A DNA stretch of 54,937 bases, the filler included, from Streblomastix strix (lineage: Eukaryota): NCBI GenBank assembly GCA_008636045.1. It is 2 parts of 2 records of this genome, joined end to end, with 100 filler letters (N's around TTAATTAATTAA, not from the genome) between each part and the next. Parts side by side here need not be neighbours in the genome. Positions count along the whole stretch, not along the records: positions 1 to 27,422 come from SNRW01000143.1; positions 27,523 to 54,937 come from SNRW01000144.1. One strand, written 5' to 3'. Within the stretch, counting starts at the first letter, position 1. Each line of letters opens with the position of its first letter. Positions 22,188-32,833 of this stretch are shown here, in pieces. The position numbers and the translations under genes were made by a program. The notes below the pieces were generated by a model, which ran no database searches, had not been told where the DNA came from, and saw only the letters and a list, made by a program, of their open reading frames with translations.

Positions 22188-25040
22188 ATGATTCGATCGA
22201 AAATGACATTTGCAGATGCTAATCGATTACTCTAATTAAATGATCCAAATATAGACATAAATGCGAGTAATAATATGAAAAGATCAGCGCTAAGTTCTAT
22301 ACTGACAAAGATCGGACCCTATGGTTAACGTAATAACGTTAATGCTGTGGAATATGCGATTAATGCAGCAGTTTCTCGTAGATAATTTATGCAATAAACT
22401 TAAGGAGCAACTGTTATTCAATAACATGTTCAAAAGCGGTTCAATTAACGAGAGCAATAACGAATAACACGTGAATAATAACATAAAGTGGAATAAGAGT
22501 AATTATAAAAATAATTATAATAAGTTATTAATGAATTATGAGAAGAATTTGATCCAGAATTAATAGATGAAGAAAGAATATTTGACCCAGATAGATACCG
22601 ATAATAATAGCAGTAATTAAGAGCATTAGAGTTAGAAGAACGTAGAAAAAAATAAGATAAGGATAGGTAGACAAGATTTGTCTAATTATTCGATGAATTG
22701 CATAATGTTTAGGATATGAACATCGATATATTATTCGAAATAGACTAATAAAAAATTAGCGATTATATTAAGACCCATGAATAATTTGTGTTCCATCATC
22801 TCGATACTGATAATAATGTGATTAGGTGATATGATATATAGAATGAAGAATAATTCAATAGGATTAAGAATCTGTCATTTTCTCGATTCAATAAGGATAC
22901 TTCAACTCTGTAGTATAATTCATATAATTTATTATCAATTAATTAAATCAAACCAACTAAATAATATTACAGTAATATTGCTTCATAAGCTGATTTAGAT
23001 AAACATTTAGACTCCGTATATGATAAAGAAAAAGATAATGTGTTTAAACTAGCTGTTGATTTTGTTGTGCTAATTGAACGTGTTAATGTTAATAATTATA
23101 TTGAAGAATTGAATAAAAATAAATCATTTCCTATAGAAACATTTGATAATCAATTATGTAATTAGAAATTAAGTGAAACAAAGTATTAGCCATATTTGAT
23201 CGATGCTGCTCAATTCATTAAGAGATGGGATTATTTGAAGCATTATAACATACTCGATACTAGAATTATCATTGAACCATTAGATTATTTGACTGATCTA
23301 ATGTCCAAATATAAAATAGATATGTTAGCCAATATATCAATGTCACAATGCTCTAATGCGAACAAATGTTCTATGGTATATATAATGATTTCGATATCAA
23401 TAGTGATTATAATTCAGAAAGTATTGATAAATCAATTAAAGTTACTATGCGTTATTGGAGGGCTAAAGCTGACAGTTATAATGAATAAGATAATAAGAAA
23501 GGTAGATATTCAAACAATAATGTAACGATTAATGATTATGATTAATTTAAAGATATATTCAAGAATTAACGATGTTACATGTGTTATGCGAGATTTTCAT
23601 GGAAAAATGGACTAACATTGGATCGAATAGATAATAATAAAAGATATTCAAAAGATAACGTACTTTCATGTTGTTTGTACTGTAATGTATGCAAAGTTAA
23701 TAGAGATGTAAATTAGATGAGATTATTGATATAATTAAAGAAACATGCAATATTTAAGCAATTACCGATGACATTGATCATTGATGAAGGATATCAATTA
23801 TTGCGTAAACGTATTACAGATGGTCGATCTAAGTAATGTATCGATATAATATAGCTGGATAAATAAAATTAAATCATTTCGAATTTGATTAGGAAAATAT
23901 ATGTGTATATTCAATAGATTCAGATTACTTTTAAACACATGTAGTATGATTAGACTTTCACAGTTAATATACGAGTGTTATTATAGGAGAAATGAATATG
24001 TTTAATCTATACACTAATCACATAATTTACATGCCAGCATAACTTATTGAAAGAATAACAGATTAAGAACTATGTAAGTAGTTGATTTATGATGCTAATT
24101 GATTATCTGAAGATACGTAAATGGTAGATAAAATGTTATTATTTGTTGCAGAAGTTAAAGATCAAACTGATGAGCAATATATTAATGATTTTATCAATTG
24201 GGGGTCTAATATCACATAAAATTGATATAACAACAAACAATGAAACAATCTGAGAATTTTAATATATTCATCTAATAGATCATCAACTTCCCCATGAAAA
24301 AGTGGAAATGAAATTGACGAATTTATTCGATACTAATAATTAAGTAATATCATTCAATGAGTATTATTTATAGCTATGGATGGATACCAGTCATTTTATA
24401 ATTGATGATATATATAGTTTCATAACATTCACGAAACATACTAATTTTAACTCATTTGTGAAGGTATTTATGAAAGTGATATATCAAGCAAAATATTTTA
24501 AGAATGAAGGATTGGGATAATTTTGTAAATTAATATTGAATTCAGCTTCCGGTGGTGATGCATTGAATTGAAAGAAATACTCTAATACGAAACTATTCTC
24601 GGCTAATAAAACAATTGTGCAACATATGATGAGTGAATTCATTCATTCAACAGAATTAAATGATGATTTGTACGCTATATCGGTGGACAAGCAAAACTGA
24701 AGATGTAACAGATGTTTATAAGTTGCTTATTTCGTATTAGATTCAGCGAAATTTTGGTAGGTTAATTTTATATATGACTTAATGAAGAAAGCGTATGATA
24801 TGAATCGTTTGCATTTTATACAAGGAAATACTGATAGTTTGATACTTGCTATTAATGGATATTCAAATCGTGGTCCTGAACAGTAGTTTGATGCAATTAT
24901 TAAAGATAAATAGTTCTACAGTAAATATATGGATTGTATATATTACGATAATGGATAAAAATAGATATTACACATTGGTGTAGAAAAATATAGTTATAAT
25001 TGAATTGCATTATCTCATAAAAATTATATAATTAATGACG
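22188..25040 (+). pseudogene. PolB-2: protein-primed-type family B DNA polymerase with an HNH-like insert; exonuclease largely deleted; 3'-truncated
   Basis: Motif A LDFHSQY (~23950), motif B FCKLILNSASGG (~24521-24556), motif C QGNTDSL (~24821, from GDTDS) and IALSHKNY. It stops at the inner inverted repeat. Confidence 0.85.
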
Positions 25041-26370
25041 ATTATGACGATTATTTTTGAATTTAGATCTATCCTTTACCATTAATTTATTGAATTAATT
25101 TAAGCATCAAATTCACTAATATTTTTTTAATTCCTTCGACCAGCAACTCTAACTTATTTATTCAATTTCATTAGTAAAATTAAATTCGACACACCACACT
25201 AACCAACAAGCTAATCATGTAGCACACAAATCATTGAATTTGTGTTCGTAGTTAGTATAAATGAGCGCTGTCCGAATATATGAAAATGGCATCATTTTGT
25301 CCTAGAACTAATCACAATATTGACCTAATAATTCATGTTTAGCATTGATGATCTTATTAATGCGCACATTAATCAAGCAGTAAGATTTAGCATTCATCTC
25401 CAATAACTGCACAAATTTATGCAATCATTCAATTATATCAATAATTTCCACATTTCTACTAATTATTTTGATCATTTAAGTTATTTTTTAAAACTAATAT
25501 CAAACAATAGCACACCATATTCAAGAATCTTAACAATTTAGAAAATATATCACGTGATTGCAATACATCAATGTTGACGTGTTTGTGGCCTAGACAAATG
25601 GTACCGTTTTAATATATTTTGGCAGCGTTCATTTATATTAACTACTGACGAAACAACTTATAATTTTCAACACTTAAATAAACAAACTCAGTGATAGCAA
25701 CTCCGATAATTTGAAAATAAAGTATAAGATTCATATTATGGACTTCCAATCAAGGTTCAAATTGACTTCCGCGTACAAATTTAAAGAAAATAGGGCTCAT
25801 TTAACTATATATATTCTTGTAGGATTTCTATACTAGATAACGCTTTCAAATGCAAATAATGAACAATATCTGATAAGAAATCATTTGAACTATTTAGAAT
25901 TGATAAATTCTGAGAATTGAAAGAACAAATGGAAAGAACATGCGGAGATATAAATAATTTGACTATTGGAATAATTAGTGTCATATTTGTTATCAATAAT
26001 CTAATAGATACTGGAACATGTACGTTATATTTTGATAATCATGTTAAATAACATTCAGTTCAGTATGTTGGTTCAGGTTAAAAAAATTGTTTCTTTACAG
26101 CATTGATATTTAGGGTTAAAAATGAAATTGATAAAAAAGTTGAAAGTAATTAATTTATTGCATTTTCCAAGTTACTATTCGCAAATTTCTATGAAATTAA
26201 AGGAAAATATTAATAAATTTTATTATGAATTAGAAAGATAAACTGATAAATATCGATAATTCAATTTAAGTAGATAATTCAATAATGAAACAATAGCTTT
26301 AAACTTATTATTTATCAACGATTGAAAAAATTTGCTTGCAATCAATGTGTCTAACATAGAAAAATTTACT
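25038..26370 (-). repeat. Inner ~1.33-kb inverted repeat, right copy
   Basis: Near-identical reverse complement of 3478-4811. The ORF track lists the 63-aa shadow ORF at 25805-25996 inside it. Confidence 0.95.
25335..26370 (+). pseudogene. Second copy of the PolB-1 5' region (fragment)
   Basis: Inside the right inner repeat: MFSIDDLINAHINQAV...GQKNCFFTAL. Confidence 0.65.
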
Positions 26371-26824
26371 ATTTTCGTCATATATCCCTTCGTTGATTCC
26401 TTCTGTTTTCTAAGATTTATTTACTCTTTTTAATGTTTTAATCACTTAATCTTCATCTTCTACATTATGTAATTATAATCCGTTAAATGAAAGTAAATTT
26501 ATTATTCTTAAATTTTCTATTGTTGAAAATATTCCCCGATTATTAATACACATTCTACATCTATAGCTAAAAGTAATTATATTTAATTTTGTTGATTTTA
26601 TCATTAAATATTCTATTTAAATCCAACAGATTATAATTGCATTTTTCTATATAATCAAATGTTTTTTAACCTCAATTTATCATTTTCAAACATTCATTGT
26701 TAGTAATGTAATCATAGTCATTCTTTAAAGTATTTTTGAACATCATCTAAGTATGTTTTGAATTTTTAACCGATCTCATAATTCTTATAAGTGCAAGTAC
26801 TTCTTCTTTTGACAATTTGAGCAT
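26371..26824 (-). pseudogene. Small hypothetical gene, truncated at the inner repeat
   Basis: MLKLSKEEVLALIRIMRSVKNS... preceded by the T-rich motif; has in-frame TGAs. Confidence 0.35.
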
Positions 26825-26916
26825 TTATAACTAAATAAAAATTTAAAATAAATAATACAATTAATTTAATATTTTCTATGAAATATTGACTGAAATAATT
26901 TTATTCATCATTTTTT

Positions 26917-27422
26917 AGATTTTTTATTCTTAAATTAAAGAATCAATATATCTTTTTGTTTTCATTACTATAGCACTCTTTTTTCATGTCTGTAGTATTC
27001 TTTAGTGAAAATAATTTCTGCTATTGACATTATTGACTTTTGATTCTGCCAAGGTGTTAATTTTTTATATTTACTGATAGAATTTTAGATTCCAAAAGTA
27101 TTGTATATTAACTTTATCCGATCCATACGTATTTTGCGTTGAATCATAATATAACAGCGCTAAACATATTGAAAAAATGGTTCAGACCAAACCTACTCGT
27201 CACGTTTAATATTAACAATATGAAATTATAAACATATAATTAATTTTATAAATTTAAAATTTTTATATTTAATCGATTAATATTTAGAAAGTAATTTATA
27301 ATTTTGAGAAATTGCAATTTCATATTTATAGATAGAAAAATATGCTTTCAAAATTGGTAAAATGCTCGCAATACTCCAAATTATTGCATTCTAAGCAAAA
27401 GAGGTCAAATTTATAAAAAAGA
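26917..27422 (-). repeat. Outer inverted repeat, right copy
   Basis: Ends ...gaggtcaaatttataaaaaaga, the exact reverse complement of the first bases of the window. Confidence 0.95.
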
Positions 27423-27522
27423 NNNNNNNNNNNNNNNNNNNNNNNNNNNNNNNNNNNNNNNNNNNNTTAATTAATTAANNNNNNNNNNNNNNNNNNNNNN
27501 NNNNNNNNNNNNNNNNNNNNNN
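27423..27522. other. Artificial contig spacer
   Basis: 44 N + TTAATTAATTAA + 44 N. Confidence 0.99.
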
Positions 27523-29402
27523 GTCAATATCTTTCATAAACGATGATTCAAACATACGCTTGATGCATAATAGTGAAAAAGCTCCTGTATGATTAAGAAC
27601 TGATGAAAGTATTGTGATAACCTTCTTCTCTGCTTTCTTATAACCAACTTCTTTATGAACAACAGCTGAAATGCAAGTAACTGGTGCTTTATCGAAGAAA
27701 TTATTATTTGTTTAATCATGATTAACTGCTAATGTGAAGTTTTCTTTATAATCAATTTAAAAAGTAGCTTCATGAAGTGCTAAATTATTAATTTGTTATT
27801 GAAGTTATTCTTATTAGTGCTGTGATTATTGAATATGAACTTTCCAACGAATTAATGTATTTTAATCATCTAATTTTAATTCTTCAAAAGAAATCTTTCT
27901 TATTTACATAATGAATAATATCTAATCAGCCTCAAAACATAAATTACAAAGATCTGTTCTTTAAGAAGGTTCAATTAAATTCTCAGTTTTAGTTTAGAAT
28001 TGTGCTTACGAGAGTTATATGAATGGAAACAACTTCTTGAAGGTTTCGAATAACCTCAATTTGCTCCAATATATCATTCGTTTTTCAATTATAAATTAAA
28101 ATTATCCATAAAATGAGACATTCGGTGCTTTTTACCTATCTAGATAGAAGTCTTCAGACAATATTTTCTCTAATATTGGATTTAATTCATCTTGTACATG
28201 TATTACTTCTGGCTTAGAAGTTTTATTTTGTTCTTAAGAATCTATTTCTTTACTCTCGTCTGATGGAATACCAGAATCTATATATTCATCATCAGAATTA
28301 ATTTTTAATCTTTTTCTTTTTGTTGCTTTCTTCTTCTTTTTTGTCGACTTATCTTTTATAATAATTTATTATTCTTTATCATTTTAGTTCATTTAAAGTG
28401 GATCTTATGAGATTTATTTACTTTCTTGTAATATTTTCATTCTTTCTCTATCTTAATTTATTTTTTAATCTATTTCAGTATCTTAAATTCTCGGTGATTT
28501 TTCCATATTTAAGTTTTGATCGTTTGTATATATATCTGGATTTGATAAACTATCTTCAGATTCACTAATATTGTGTTTAGTTTTCTAATTTTTAGAATCT
28601 TTTTTCATTTTTTTCTGTTTTTTTCTTCTTTTAACTTCTTAGATTTATTTTTCTATCATTTGTGGAACTTGATTTTAACTTACCTGAGAAACATCTGCAA
28701 ATCTATCCATTAGATAAGTTAATAACTCTTTACCTCCAGTAAGTAAGTACTCTTTAAAGAATATAATAACTCCAGTTTTGTAATCTTTTATTAGATTAAA
28801 ATAAAATTTTTATAAGTATTATTAAAACTTAAAAATTTTAAAGCAATAGAATACAAACCTGCAGAAAGTGGTACAATATAATTTCTCTTCTTTTATACCT
28901 GAAACTATTGAGGAATAGATATGTATAGCACATCTTTATTTTAAAAGAGAAAAATATAGAAATTAAATTAAAATTGTAAAATTGAATGTAATAATAACAT
29001 ACTTCGCCCCTTTTGACTAATACATGAAGGGTACGAATAATACAGTAAAAATGAAATGAGCAATTAAAGATGTAGCAGATGGATTCCATCGTTTTTCACT
29101 ATTTCGTGCCGATTTTCTTGCGTTTACTTAAAATTCCATGCACCGAGCCTCTTCGTAGAAGAAACAACTTTTGATTTAGTAAATTATGTTGGGTTTAATT
29201 AATTTAATTAACCAAATGTCTTACCAACGAGCAAGGGCGTTCGCAAAACGGTGTGCATTTATTCTGGTGAATTATCAATGATCTCCATTTGAATGTCATC
29301 TTTTAACTTTAATATTGACTCGAGCTCTTCAACACTCTTTCGAAGTTTATCAATTTCTTTTTATTATTCTTCGACAACGGAGGATATAGGCGGCTGTTAC
29401 AT
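27523..29402 (-). pseudogene. Intron-containing putative DDE-type DNA transposase relic, cut by the contig end
   Basis: ATG at 29402 (MQQPPISSVVEEQ...) and three GT-AG introns. The C-terminal part RTDLCNLC...FQIDYKE...FFDKAPVTCISAVV...ITILSSVLNHT resembles CxxC + D(F/Y)xEN RNase-H-fold transposases. Frameshifted; superfamily uncertain. Confidence 0.45.
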
Positions 29403-29504
29403 TTTTATATAATTTTCACAAAATTAATAGCGAACAACATTTGACAATAATTGCAATTCAAACATTGTTAATAAAATTATTTTATAGTACAATTTACAAT
29501 AAAA

Positions 29505-32330
29505 ATGATATGGGTTGATTTGGTTTATAAACACCCATCTAATATCTTTATCCAATCTCCCGATAGTTTTGAAAACAGAAAGATTGGGTTTCACCTTATG
29601 AATTCTTCCTTTGGCATCACTTCTATCATTTCTTCTTACAGTTCCTCATATAACATCGTTTTATAAGCTTGCATTTTTTTATTCCTTTAAATGAAACATT
29701 TTGCGACTAATTGTTAAAGTGTCACTTGTCCATTGTTATTTTTGAAGATTAGTTAAAATCATTTCATTATGAAGCCTTAACAATTAACTATTTCTAAAGC
29801 TATGACACATTTCATGAGTTTTCGATTCAATTGTTAGTGATATTCTAGCGTTTAGCTTTTTTTAAAGAGAAGTCACAAGTAGTTGCTCCTCCTGTTAATG
29901 CCTCAAGACATACATCAGCATGTGCCATCTGGAGGCGAAGTTGGAGCCATAAGCGGCCTTTCTTCTTCTTATAAGAAGAATTTGAGCGCTAATTATTGCG
30001 ACCTCTATTTACTTCTCTCCTTCTGGTTTCTTATGTAAGCCTCGGTGGGCCTTCATTTTCTGGGTAATTTGGAAGATTGTTTAAGTCTTACTGACTCCGA
30101 TCTTGGTCAGGTTCGTCCTCAGATTATTCTTATTCCTGACCAATAAAAAATTGGAATCCTGAGACATCTATGTGTTAAGCTGCAAGATGGCTTTGTAGAA
30201 GTACATTCATCTAATTTCCAAGATTCATGCCTCCAATGTTTGCACGTTAAGTAACAAAAAACACCAGCAGTTTCTCTGCATGCACGCCATGGAGTCCTCC
30301 CCATATAACATGAGAATGTGGAAGTAACAAGGCTATCATTGGTTGTGGGTTATGTTTGAATTAATTCTTTTTCCCTGATTTGATCCATATTTATGTCCAT
30401 ATTTGATCCGGGATTATAGGCACTCCCGCCAACAACCTGTTTTATACGAGACGATTAGGAGCTGGTTTATCTTTGCAATGAATCAGGAACAACTGCATCT
30501 GAAACAGTTGCCGGAACTGGCTAAGCTGGAGGCAATAGAACAACATTAAATAAACTGAAGTTGTAATCACTATAATTTTTGTCTATAGAACGATCATTTC
30601 TATTATGCCGCCTCTATTCCCGTTTCCTTCGTGGCCTCTTCCACAAACTCTCCTCTTCCTGCTCTTTGACCACGTTTTTATGATCTATATTAGTCTCTAT
30701 AATTATATCTGGTTTTGTAATTCTAACCGCCTCCTTTTGAATTTGATGCATCATCTTATCTGTATATTTTCTTTGAATTGTTCCAATAAGCAGTACTTTA
30801 CTCCTTCTCCTTACTTTGTTCTTCTGAATCTGATTCAGATGATGTCATTCGAACTATGTATAATATGCAGTCAGTGTTAAACTGTTCTTGAACTTACGCT
30901 AATCTGATATTGAGATAGTTCAACTCTGGCATGTTTGATTATTATTTCCTTTTCTTCGATTTCACCTGTACCATATCTAGGATAGTGAAGACGTGAGCAA
31001 GATTTGCTTTCATACTTCAGGAGGTATGATTTTATACCTAAATAGTCCATTTGTTTGTTAAAGGAAGCTTAGCTAATTCTTACTTCGAGGGGAAGAAGAT
31101 TTGTTACGCATCTATATGATTCTGGGTCGATATTCATTATAGTATAAGATTTCTTTAGTATTGTACCTAACGTTTAGGTTTGATTGCATTCAGAATCTGA
31201 AATTTTTTATTAAAGATTTTGATTATTTATGAAAAATAAGTAGAATTTTTTATTATTTTCGGTTCTAGGATGAATCCAGAGAAGCAGAAATTTACTTTTT
31301 AAGCATCAATTACGTTGTGGTAATGATTAAACTTCCATTAAGGGACAACAGTAGTTGTTATTATCATAATTGTAAATTTTACAGAAATTATGCTTAATAG
31401 GGTCCTTAAAAGGGCACTTGAGAAATTTATGTTTGCAGAAACAATTTTTCTGGTCATGAATTAATTTTTGAAAGTAAATTTTTCGTTATCCAGAATGAAG
31501 TTAGCATAGCGCGAGTCTATAGTTGTTTGAGATTTTAAAATGAGTTAGCCTCGATCAGATTTCCAAGCGCATTTGCGATATTTTGTCTCGATGTTAGTTA
31601 CAAGAAGCTTATCTATCTCTTCATTGTCGTTAATTTGGTATGGCATATCACAGAGATGTTGACTCAATCAAATAAATGGGCGTTGATAGCAGAAAACGGC
31701 CAAATTCTCGCCTTATTTGCGCGTTCTGTAGACCTGATGTCCAGGGCTAATCCGGTGACAGTATCAACCACTGCTTCCGACAGGTTGCCCTCCAAAATAT
31801 TTCCAACAATTAGTATATCAAGCACCTTGAACTGTAGCAATTGCAATTAAGAACATAAGGGGAGCGAGTCTATCATCTAGAGTGGATGCAAAAGTTTTCG
31901 TTCAGCTACTGGTATCTCCATGTGTTGAAAAAGCTGTGGAACTCCTGTTGCACATTATTTTACCTCTAAAACTTGCGTATTTGACATATTTTTGTTTAAT
32001 AATCAATTTCTTGCAGCGACGCTCCGATTATGCCTGACCATACTTGTGTGATCTTTCTTTAGACGAAAGATAGCGGTGAGGTGCGTTATATTATTGCGTT
32101 AGTGGCTGCTGTTGGTGCTTACTGTCGATCGGACTGAAATACGTCTAAATCTAGTTGCGCGTAGGGCTAATTTACTGTGTGACTCGAGTTGGTGCCAAGC
32201 ATATATGATTGTTGAGTAAATAACTTACTAAACAAAAGCGCATTTTTGGAGTGGTCCTGATTTGCATCCATTCCTATATTCTATGTTTTTAGATAGCTGA
32301 CCCATGAGGATGGACTGCTCGTGGGTGCAT
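29505..32330 (-). mobile_element. Degenerate retrotransposon relic, DIRS-like (gag-like region plus the start of RT); boundaries approximate
   Basis: Higher GC and no introns. 29520-29830 reads AYKTMLYEELQEEMIEV...*NPIFLFSKLSGDWIKILD, an eroded RT N-terminus (xNPxFxxxKxxGxWRxILD). The YxDD motif, RNase H and recombinase are not present. Confidence 0.55.
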
Positions 32331-32833
32331 ACAGTTTCTACAACCAAATATGGCAGTTTCGTAATAAAGAGGATGAGCAATTGAACTCCGTAACAACGCA
32401 CTATAAAATTTTATTTGATAACTTGTAATCAATTTTGTTACTACTAAATATATATATAGTAGTATTTTTTTTATTTTCACTCTTATTTTCAACTTATTGA
32501 TAACAATGAACTGGTGATTTGAATTTCATAACATTATTGTAGTGTATAAGGAAAAATATGAAAAGATCAAAAAAAAAAATTATTCGATTAATAATTCAAC
32601 AAATAAGAGTAAAGCTAAACTTTTTGCTATTTGTAAAATATGGAAGAATGGATGAAGAAAAGTATGATCAATATTAAAATCAAATTGCAATACAAATTAA
32701 AAAGTGAAATTTTAGTGAATTTAATCTTATTAAACTAATTTATTCTATATATAATATATTGCAATCTACTTTCAAATAACTTTATCTTGCTTTATCTTAT
32801 TCATATACCATCTTTTCTCAGAATATATTCTAT

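Larger units (their letters stand above)
1..27422. mobile_element. Decayed endogenous Maverick/Polinton-like virus region (probably a composite of two lineages)
   Basis: Intron-less gene array with integrase, pPolB-type polymerases, A32-like ATPase, MCP-like gene, PrimPol-helicase and KilA-N. The contig ends are reverse complements of each other. Confidence 0.85.

Noticed and set aside
27423..27522. TTAATTAATTAA palindrome within Ns
   Set aside because: It is a synthetic contig linker, so the adjacency of the virus region and the host genes carries no biological meaning.
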